A stretch of DNA of 20,652 bases, taken from the NCBI GenBank assembly GCA_043750125.1, contig JAYVCD010000054.1:1-20652 (forward strand). Direction: 5' to 3'. The position numbers and the translations under genes were made by a program. The notes beneath the pieces were generated by a model. It did not search any database, was not told the DNA's origin, and was given only the letters and a program-made list of their open reading frames with translations. Within the stretch, counting starts at the first letter, position 1. Every line of letters starts with the position of its first letter. Of the stretch, positions 1 to 6,832 are shown in pieces. This DNA comes from Archangiaceae bacterium. GTDB lineage: Bacteria > Myxococcota > Myxococcia > Myxococcales > Myxococcaceae.

Positions 1-270
1 GACTTCGACGGCAAGATTGATCAGGTCAACTTCTACGAGAAGGGCGTGATCGTCCGCAAAGAGTCGGACCTTTCGTCATCCGGCAAGCCTTCGCTGTGGA
101 AGTTCTACGAGAAGGGAAAGCTGGTCCGCAAAGAGCGGGACACCAACGGCGATGGTCGGGTTGACTACTGGGAATACTGGGAAGGCGACCAGGTGGACCG
201 GGTGGGCGAGGACCTCGATGGCGACGGCAACGTCGACAAGTGGACCAAGAACCCCAACTCAGAGAGCTAA
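1..270 (+). CDS. 5'-truncated hypothetical protein with DxDxDG (calcium-binding-like) repeats
   Basis: Frame open from base 1: DFDGKIDQVNFY...DTNGDGRVDYWEYW...DLDGDGNVDKW, TAA at 268-270; strong GC3 codon bias. Confidence 0.8.
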   Translation, partial: DFDGKIDQVNFYEKGVIVRKESDLSSSGKPSLWKFYEKGKLVRKERDTNGDGRVDYWEYWEGDQVDRVGEDLDGDGNVDKWTKNPNSES

Positions 271-284
271 AGCTTCCCCGCCGG

Positions 285-1004
285 TCAGTTGGTGCCGGTG
301 ATGATCGCGTCGATTGACGTCTCACGCTTGAAGTCTGCGAGGTAACGGCCCGCCGCATCGCGCGTTGGGAAGCGGCCCATTCGCACCCGGTACCAGGTGC
401 CTTTGGCCGGGAGCACGGCTTCGACGATGAACGGGGCGTAACCCTTGTCGCGAAGGCTGGCGGCGAAGCGGTCGGCTTCCGCGTGGTCCTTGAACGCCGA
501 CAGCTGGAGCGTGAAGTTGCCATCGGGCGAAGTCTCGGGTTTCGGCTCGGGCTTCTGGGCGCGGGCGATGGCATCGCGCAGGGCTCCGGCGTCTTCGTTG
601 ATGCGGGTGACGACCGCCTCGCTCTTCGGCACTTCGGTCACGCGCGGGGTGATCACCGGAAGCTCAAAGGGCCTGGGAACGTCGACCACCGCGACCGGAG
701 CAGGCCTGGGAGCCTCGATCGGCCGGGCTTCGACGATCGGCTCAGGCTTGCGGGTCAGCTCGTCCTGAAAGGTCAGTGAGGCGTCTTTCTGCAGCGAGTC
801 CATCGCGGCCGCGCGCTGGTCGAGTGCACTGAGCAGGTCTGGAGCGATGGCCCGATGTTCGTCGACCGAAAGCTTCTTGCCGACGACGACGCCGAGCACG
901 AAGACGGCCGCGACTGCGACGAGCCCTCCGACAGTCAGGCTGATGATCTGCCGATTGTCGAGCGACAGCTCGTACTTTTCTTTCATCCGGTGTGCGTCAC
1001 GCAT
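285..1004 (-). CDS. SPOR domain cell-division protein (FtsN/DedD-like)
   Basis: N-terminal TM helix (LTVGGLVAVAAVFVLGVVVG), Pro-rich linker, C-terminal SPOR motif FTLQLSAF...WYRVRMGRFPTRDAA. Confidence 0.9.
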   Translation of the reverse strand: MRDAHRMKEKYELSLDNRQIISLTVGGLVAVAAVFVLGVVVGKKLSVDEHRAIAPDLLSALDQRAAAMDSLQKDASLTFQDELTRKPEPIVEARPIEAPRPAPVAVVDVPRPFELPVITPRVTEVPKSEAVVTRINEDAGALRDAIARAQKPEPKPETSPDGNFTLQLSAFKDHAEADRFAASLRDKGYAPFIVEAVLPAKGTWYRVRMGRFPTRDAAGRYLADFKRETSIDAIITGTN

Positions 1005-1048
1005 CTTGTGTTTGGACCCTTGAGAAAACCTGCAGCAGAGGGATCCGG

Positions 1049-1076
1049 ACGGTAGCGCGATGTTTCAAAGCGTCAA
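1049..1076 (-). promoter_or_regulatory. Putative sigma70-type promoter for the SPOR gene
   Basis: TTGACG-N16-TACCGT on the minus strand, 45 nt upstream of the ATG at 1004. Confidence 0.35.
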
Positions 1077-1087
1077 CTTCACGCCGA

Positions 1088-1585
1088 TCAACCCGCGTCG
1101 CCTCCGTCGCGGCCACCGTCGAGGCCGGCATCCTTTCCGCCCGCATCAATTCCGCCGTCGAAGCCCGCATCGGGCTTCCCCGCGTCCGTTCCGGCATCGG
1201 GGCCCCGCGTCCACGCCGCCATCTTTTCCAGCGTCGACCGTGACGCTGCCCCCGCCGCCGAATCCTCCGGTTCCGCCCCCGCCCCGCTGCCCCCACCCGC
1301 GCCCCCGGCCCCGATGCCAGAAGTCATTCCCCCGTCGTAGATTCCTGCGTCCGCGAGGGGCTCACAGCTTCCGACGCGGCAGGTGTCCGTGACCGCGCAC
1401 CGAGCGCACCGGGCTCCCGTCGCTCCGCACTCGAACAGCCCCGTTCCGGCGAGGCATTCCCCACTCTCGTCGCAGCAACCCGAGCAGGAAGGTGCCGAGG
1501 ACGGCTTCGGGTTGACCCCGCACCCCGAGCCCGTCAGGGCGAAGATCAGGGCGAAGGTGAAGAAGCCGGCAGCGAGTGAACGCAT
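1088..1585 (-). CDS. Cys-rich putative lipoprotein with Gly/DAG low-complexity tail
   Basis: Signal peptide ending ALTGSGC; CSGCCDESGEC...CGATGARCARC...C..GSC module; repeated DAG/DGG motifs typical of myxobacterial secreted proteins. Confidence 0.75.
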   Translation of the reverse strand: MRSLAAGFFTFALIFALTGSGCGVNPKPSSAPSCSGCCDESGECLAGTGLFECGATGARCARCAVTDTCRVGSCEPLADAGIYDGGMTSGIGAGGAGGGSGAGAEPEDSAAGAASRSTLEKMAAWTRGPDAGTDAGKPDAGFDGGIDAGGKDAGLDGGRDGGDAG

Positions 1586-1636
1586 GCGGCGAGTATTAGC
1601 CCAAAGGGAAGCAGCCGCGATCGAGTGCGGCGGGGC

Positions 1637-2683
1637 TCAGGCGATCCACCCGCCGCCAAGGACCTGCGCCCCGTCATAGAACACCGCGGCCTGGCCTGGG
1701 GTTACGGCCCGAGCGGGCAAATCGAGCTCGACCGCCAAGCTTCCGTGCGGCTCGCGCTCGAGCCGGGCGGGGGTTCCTCCATGGCGGTGGCGGATCTTCA
1801 CCGTCAATGGACGACCGACAGGAGCCTCGCCCTCGACCCAATGCGGGCGAAGCAGACCAAAGCGCTGTCGCTCGGTCTCGATCGCCGGGCCCACCACCAC
1901 CGACTGGCTGGCCGAGTCGATCTTCTGAACGTAGAGGGGATCTGGAGAGCTGACGTTGAGCCCCTTGCGTTGGCCGATGGTGAACTTGTGGATCCCCTCG
2001 TGCTGGCCGAGCACCTTGCCGTCGCGATCGACGATTTTCCCCTTCGGTTGCGGCCCGGCGATCTTCTCGACGAATTTCGCGTAATCGCTGTCGGGGACGA
2101 AGCAGATTTCCATGCTCTCGGCCTTGTGCGAGGTGAGCAGTCCGTGGCGTTCGGCGATCGCGCGCACTTCGCTCTTGCTCATCGCCCCGACCGGGAAGGC
2201 GATGTCTTTGAGCTCTTCCTGGCCCAGGGTGAAGAGGAAATACGATTGGTCCTTCGCTTCGTCGGCGCCGCGATGGAGCACGTACCTGCCTGCTTCTTCG
2301 TGGATCTGCGCGTAGTGACCGGTGGCGAGCTTTGCGCCCAGGGCCCGGGCCCGCTTGAGCAGGAAGCCGAACTTCACGTCCTGGTTGCACGCCACGCAGG
2401 GAATCGGCGTCCGGCCGCCCAGGTACTGCTGGACGAAGGGGTGAACGACCCTTTCCTTGAACAGCTCTTCGACGTTGGCGACGTAAAAGGGAATCTGCAG
2501 CTTGTCCGCCACGGCGCGGGCGTCGTCGATGTCTTCCGGGCTGCAGCAGCTGCCGCACTGGGCGCGCGACTCGTAGCTCCAGACGCGCAGGGTGATGCCC
2601 AGCACCTCGTGCCCCTGCTCCTTGAGCAGTGCGGCAGCAGCGGAAGAGTCCACTCCACCGCTCATGGCAATCACGTATCTCAT
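1637..2683 (-). CDS. mnmA: tRNA 2-thiouridine(34) synthase MnmA
   Basis: SGGVDS PP-loop, TPIPCVACN, ATGHYA, KDQSYFL, ESMEICF, TIGQRKGL, TPGQAAVFY. Confidence 0.97.
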   Translation of the reverse strand: MRYVIAMSGGVDSSAAAALLKEQGHEVLGITLRVWSYESRAQCGSCCSPEDIDDARAVADKLQIPFYVANVEELFKERVVHPFVQQYLGGRTPIPCVACNQDVKFGFLLKRARALGAKLATGHYAQIHEEAGRYVLHRGADEAKDQSYFLFTLGQEELKDIAFPVGAMSKSEVRAIAERHGLLTSHKAESMEICFVPDSDYAKFVEKIAGPQPKGKIVDRDGKVLGQHEGIHKFTIGQRKGLNVSSPDPLYVQKIDSASQSVVVGPAIETERQRFGLLRPHWVEGEAPVGRPLTVKIRHRHGGTPARLEREPHGSLAVELDLPARAVTPGQAAVFYDGAQVLGGGWIA

Positions 2684-2699
2684 CGTCGGTTCAGCCCTC

Positions 2700-2918
2700 G
2701 AAAACCTTGATTCCAGAAATCTTTCCCACAGGACACCTACATCAAACGCCGTGGAGACGCATTCATGTCACAGGGGAGAAACGCAGGCCGCGCGTGGCCA
2801 AGCATCAGTATTTATTGCGATTTAGACTTTTTTCCACAGGGGAACGGAGGAATTGCACGCCTCAGAGGGAGGCAGAACCGGTTTCCAGTCGTCGGGCTGT
2901 TGAAAAAGGTGTGGGAAA
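2700..2918. promoter_or_regulatory. Cluster of DnaA-box-like 9-mers with an IHF-like site and an AT-rich patch
   Basis: TTTTCCACA 2830-2838 (matches TTWTNCACA); TTTCCCACA 2722-2730 (+) and 2910-2918 (-); TTTTCAACA 2898-2906 (-); GAAAACCTTGATT 2700-2712 is one mismatch from IHF YAANNNNTTGATW. Confidence 0.45.
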
Positions 2919-2920
2919 CT

Positions 2921-4135
2921 TTAGGGGCGAAAGGCCCTCAATAAACGGAGCAGGGAATCTGCGGTATTTTGCAGAGGATCCGAGAGCACCTGGTCCATCA
3001 AGAAGCGGGTGGCTTCCCCCACGATTGGCCCCGGGCCGGTGCTCAGCGCGGCCATGATCTGCCCCCCGTTGAGGGCCAATTGTCGCGGCAGGAGCGGATC
3101 GCTGCGGAGCCGTTCGACGCGCGGGCGCAGCAGGCTCACGTCCTGCCCCAGCACTTCGCACACCGCCAGTTGCTGAGCGAGGGATTCGGCTTCCGGGCCG
3201 ACATCGCGGATCCAGATTCTCACGTCCTTGTCGCTGGCCTGCGGGTCGGGGGGAACCCGGTGAGAGAACAGACTGAGGGTGCGTTTGAGTGACTGGGTGG
3301 GCAGCTTGAGGCGTTCGAGGGCGGTCAACGGCTGGACTGCGGTGGCCAGTAGGACGGCCAGCCGCGCTTCGATGTCGAGCGGGGCTTTGGCGACGGCGGC
3401 GAACTCGGCGCGAACGGCCTCTGGAAGAAAGGCTTCGAGCAGCCCGGAAGATTGAAGCAACTTCAAACCCCGCACCACCTGTTCGGCCAGAAGGATCTTG
3501 AGGAACTCTTCGCGCACCCGCTCGATCGCGACCTTCTGGAAGACCGGAATCGTTGGAGCGATCGCCGCTTCGGTCTGGGGCTCGAGGGTGAAGTCGAGGA
3601 CCGTGGCGAAGCGGACGGCGCGAAGGCAGCGCAGGCCATCTTCAGTGAAGCGCTCGAGCGCGCTGCGAACGCATCGCACCACTTTTGCGGTGAGGTCGTT
3701 CTGGCCCCCGAACGGGTCGACCAGGCGCTGGGTAAAGGGATCGAGCGCCATCGCGTTGATCGTGAAGTCCCGGCGTGAGAGGTCGACCTCGATGTCGTCA
3801 TGGAACTCGACCTGCTGGGGCCTGCGCCCGTCGACGTAGTCGCCTTCCGAACGGAAAGTGGTGACCTCGACCTGTTCTTTGCCCACGAGCACCGTGACCG
3901 TGCCGTGTTGGATCCCGGTGGGAATCACCCGCTTGAAGGTGCTCTGGACCTGGGCGGGCAGCGCGCTGGTGGCCACGTCGTAGTCTTTGGGGCTCGCGCC
4001 CCGCAGCATGTCCCGAACACAGCCGCCGACCAGGAAGGCCTGGTGACCGGCGTCCTGGAGACTGCGGACGACCTCCTGGATCGCCGGCGGAATGGACGAG
4101 GGATTCAAAGTGACCCCGGTGCGGATCGAACGCAC
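2921..4135 (-). CDS. cca: Class II tRNA nucleotidyltransferase (CCA-adding family); start codon uncertain
   Basis: VGGCVRD..KDYDVAT (DxD), EVTTFRSEGDY.DGRRP loop, RRDFTINAM, EDGLRCLRAVRF, ERVREEF; no HD domain. Confidence 0.9.
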   Translation of the reverse strand: MRSIRTGVTLNPSSIPPAIQEVVRSLQDAGHQAFLVGGCVRDMLRGASPKDYDVATSALPAQVQSTFKRVIPTGIQHGTVTVLVGKEQVEVTTFRSEGDYVDGRRPQQVEFHDDIEVDLSRRDFTINAMALDPFTQRLVDPFGGQNDLTAKVVRCVRSALERFTEDGLRCLRAVRFATVLDFTLEPQTEAAIAPTIPVFQKVAIERVREEFLKILLAEQVVRGLKLLQSSGLLEAFLPEAVRAEFAAVAKAPLDIEARLAVLLATAVQPLTALERLKLPTQSLKRTLSLFSHRVPPDPQASDKDVRIWIRDVGPEAESLAQQLAVCEVLGQDVSLLRPRVERLRSDPLLPRQLALNGGQIMAALSTGPGPIVGEATRFLMDQVLSDPLQNTADSLLRLLRAFRP

Positions 4136-4205
4136 GACCTACAGTTTAGGAAACTGCCGCTCTGTCCAACTGAGCTACGGGGCCTTCTCAACGCGCCGGT
4201 CTATA

Positions 4206-4883
4206 TCAGCGGCGCCACTCGAGAGGCACCGCTTCGAAGCTGGCTCGGCGTTCGAGCTCATGGAGGTCTTCTTTTGCGCGTTCGAGCGCCGCGCGGTTCT
4301 TCTCGAGTCGTTGCCGCGCCCGCTCGTAGTCCGGGTTGACGGTCTGGATGCAAGTATTGAAGTGATGGGCGTAGTTGGGCTGCGGCAGAGGACCGATGTT
4401 GGCCTGTGTGCCCTGGGGGCCGATCGCGATTGAGCCTCCGTACCGGGTCGGCGCGATCTGACCCAGGTAGGGCGGAAAGCAGGAGTAGCTGACCGCAGCC
4501 GGAAGTCCGTTTACGTCCTCATTGATACGGCGATCAGTCGCGATTTCATCCTCGAGCAGCCGGATTTTTTCCTTCGCGGCACGGAACTGAGTCCGCCAGA
4601 ACTGCTCTGAGCTGGTTGGAACGGCCGGGTCGTTGTCCACGCGCCTGGACTCGACCGGCGGCCTGGGAGCCGCGAGGGGAACCGGTCCCGGCTTACCCAT
4701 TTCGGAGATCGGCTCTCCTTCGGTGGCAAACACCGTCGCTCCCTGGGGAATGGTTGAGGAATTATCGGTGTAGTGGGTGGTGCCGGAAGCGTCGACCCAG
4801 CGATAAAAGGCCTGAGCCAGAGCGGGGGCAGCGAAAAGAGTCAGAACCAGAAAGACGGCTTTGCGGGGCATCAACCCGAGCAT
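4206..4883 (-). CDS. Secreted DUF4124-domain protein with C-terminal coiled coil
   Basis: Signal peptide ending ALA-Q, then FYRWVDASGTTHYTD motif; coiled-coil segments; ends VPLEWRR. Confidence 0.85.
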   Translation of the reverse strand: MLGLMPRKAVFLVLTLFAAPALAQAFYRWVDASGTTHYTDNSSTIPQGATVFATEGEPISEMGKPGPVPLAAPRPPVESRRVDNDPAVPTSSEQFWRTQFRAAKEKIRLLEDEIATDRRINEDVNGLPAAVSYSCFPPYLGQIAPTRYGGSIAIGPQGTQANIGPLPQPNYAHHFNTCIQTVNPDYERARQRLEKNRAALERAKEDLHELERRASFEAVPLEWRR

Positions 4884-4898
4884 AACGGCTCTCGACGG

Positions 4899-5576
4899 GT
4901 GTTACTCAAGGCGGCGCGCATCATCTGCATCCCGCTTCTCGGCACCGTGTTCGCCGGGTCGATGTCGTTGGCTTTGATTCAGATGCAAACCTTGCCGAGC
5001 CGACTGATTGTTCTGGCGAGTGGGGCGCTCGTCACCGCGCTGGTGTGCCTGGGAATCGCCCGACGCGAAGATGGTTTGAGAGCGCTGGGCTCGGTGGACC
5101 CGTTGACGGGTCTGCACAACCGCAGGTATTTCGAAGAGTGTCTCGCGCGGGAAGTGCGCAGCGCCCAGAGACGATGGCGTTGCTGGTGATCGACCTCGAT
5201 CACCTCAAGTCGATCACCGACCAATTGGGTCACCACGCAGGCGATGCGGCGATTCGCGTGGCGGCGATGCGCTGCGCAAGACCTGCCCGCGCGTTGGGGC
5301 GGGGACGAATTCGTGGTGCTGGCGCCTCACACCAATGCCGAATGGGCCGAGTCGCTGGTTCAGCGCATCAGCTCTGCCGTCCCGGCGCAGTGCACATAGA
5401 GCAGCTCGCCGAAGATCACGGCCAGCGTGGGTTACGCCGTCGCCTCGGCCGATGAACCTTCGAGCCTCTGGCCTGCCACGCTTTTCGCGGCGGCCGACAA
5501 GGCGATGTACCGCAAGAAGTTGGGAGCGAGGCGGATCACTGGCCCCCTGCTTCATATTCCACGCCCTGAAAAATAG
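4899..5576 (+). pseudogene. Membrane-anchored diguanylate cyclase (GGDEF) pseudogene
   Basis: Two TM segments plus DPLTGLHNRRYF; MALLVIDLDHLKSITDQLGHHAGDAAI in another frame; DALRKTC in the third frame; DLPARWGGDEF (GGDEF 5298-5312); in-frame TAG 5397-5399; then ITASVG...AADKAMY, stop 5574-5576. Confidence 0.9.
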
Positions 5577-5623
5577 TCCAACGCGAACGAGCCCGCCCTG
5601 CCCCACCGGCCCCCGGCCCGACG

Positions 5624-6091
5624 CTAGAAACCGTCCGGTCGGTGTGACGGGTGCCCAAAGTCCGAGGGCCGGGGATGTCGGGCGCGCCACAGCCACCCAG
5701 AAGAGAGGACGAGGAAAACGCCCACGGCGACGCTGGCCGGCTGAAGCCAGGGAAGATCTTGAACCAATGCCCCTTCGGCGCGTAGCCACAAGACAATCGA
5801 GAAGCCGGCGACCAGTGAAACGAGTTCCACACCTTCCTCGACGCGCGCGGCGACGTAACTGTCGAAAAGGTTGCTCAGGCCCACGGCTCCATAGAGCAAG
5901 GCGCCCGCGAGCATCGAGCTCAAAGGCGAATCGGCCTGCAGCCGATGCTGCCAGACCACCAGGGACGTCCCTGCGACGAACGCGCTGACGGCAACAGTCA
6001 AGTGAAGCAAGCCGAGGAAGCGGTAGTAGAGGGTTTCGTACGCGCGCACCTCTTCTGGAATTTGCTTATTTCGGGCCGAAGCTTCAGCCAC
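5624..6091 (-). CDS. Hypothetical membrane protein (about 4 TM, 141-155 aa); start GTG 6091 or 6049
   Basis: C-terminal part of the 5624..6655 ORF has four hydrophobic helices; the portion upstream of about 6110 is antisense to the SOD gene. Confidence 0.6.
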   Translation of the reverse strand: MAEASARNKQIPEEVRAYETLYYRFLGLLHLTVAVSAFVAGTSLVVWQHRLQADSPLSSMLAGALLYGAVGLSNLFDSYVAARVEEGVELVSLVAGFSIVLWLRAEGALVQDLPWLQPASVAVGVFLVLSSGWLWRARHPRPSDFGHPSHRPDGF

Positions 6092-6109
6092 TGACCTAGA
6101 AGCACCTGC

Positions 6110-6784
6110 ATGAATCGTCGCGAAATTCTCGCCGCAGCTGTGTTCTCGCCGTTGTTGATGGGCGCGCTCGATGCCGGAAACCCCGTTGGGACGCAGGGCC
6201 GGACGGTGAAGCCGCTGCCTTTTGACCCGGCGAAGCTCAAAGGCCTGTCTGCGAAATTGATCGTTTCGCACCACGACAACAACTACGCCGGAGCCGTGAA
6301 GAACCTCGGCAAGGTCGAAGCGGATCTCGAGCGGTTGACCAGCGAGGCTCCCGGCTACCTCCTGAGCGGGCTGCGAGATCGGCAGCTGCTCTTTCACAAC
6401 TCGATGACCTTCCATGAGATGTATTTCGCGAACCTGGGGGGCGACGGGAAAATGTCGGGAGCGCTGACCAAGGCGTTGCCGCCACGCTGGGAGGACGCCT
6501 TCCGCGCTTCTGCGCTCGCTTTGTCCGGTGGCAGCGGCTGGGTCGTGCTCAGCCTTCACTGCGGCACGGGTGAGCTGCTCATCACCTCCAGCGGCAATCA
6601 CACCCAGGCGCCGGCCGCCGGGTTGCCGCTTCTGGTCTGCGATCTCTATGAGCACGCCTACGCGCTGGACTACGGCGCCGCCACCGCGAAATACGTCGAT
6701 GCATTCTTCACCAACCTGAATTGGGCAGAAGTCGAGGGGCGTTACGAGCTCGCCCTCGCGGCTTTGAAGGGGCTTCGCCGGTGA
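6110..6784 (+). CDS. Fe/Mn superoxide dismutase, ChrC-like subtype, with twin-arginine signal
   Basis: LPFDP...LIVSHHDNNY, NSMTFHEMYF, GGSGWV, DLYEHAY (metal ligands H/H/D/H); N-terminal MNRREIL plus hydrophobic stretch. Confidence 0.88.
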   Translation: MNRREILAAAVFSPLLMGALDAGNPVGTQGRTVKPLPFDPAKLKGLSAKLIVSHHDNNYAGAVKNLGKVEADLERLTSEAPGYLLSGLRDRQLLFHNSMTFHEMYFANLGGDGKMSGALTKALPPRWEDAFRASALALSGGSGWVVLSLHCGTGELLITSSGNHTQAPAAGLPLLVCDLYEHAYALDYGAATAKYVDAFFTNLNWAEVEGRYELALAALKGLRR

Positions 6785-6832
6785 GGCTCTGCAAGAGCAG
6801 CGCTCGAGGAGCCTGAGCGTTGCCCAGGCTGT

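Noticed and set aside
1625-2710. 361-aa plus-strand ORF
   Set aside because: Antisense shadow of mnmA; expected in GC-rich coding DNA and has no motifs
5397-5399. In-frame TAG in the GGDEF gene as pyrrolysine or readthrough
   Set aside because: The same gene has three frameshifts, so decay is the simpler explanation
6092-6655. N-terminal half of the 343-aa ORF 5624..6655
   Set aside because: Antisense to the well-supported SOD; only the hydrophobic C-terminal part looks like a real protein
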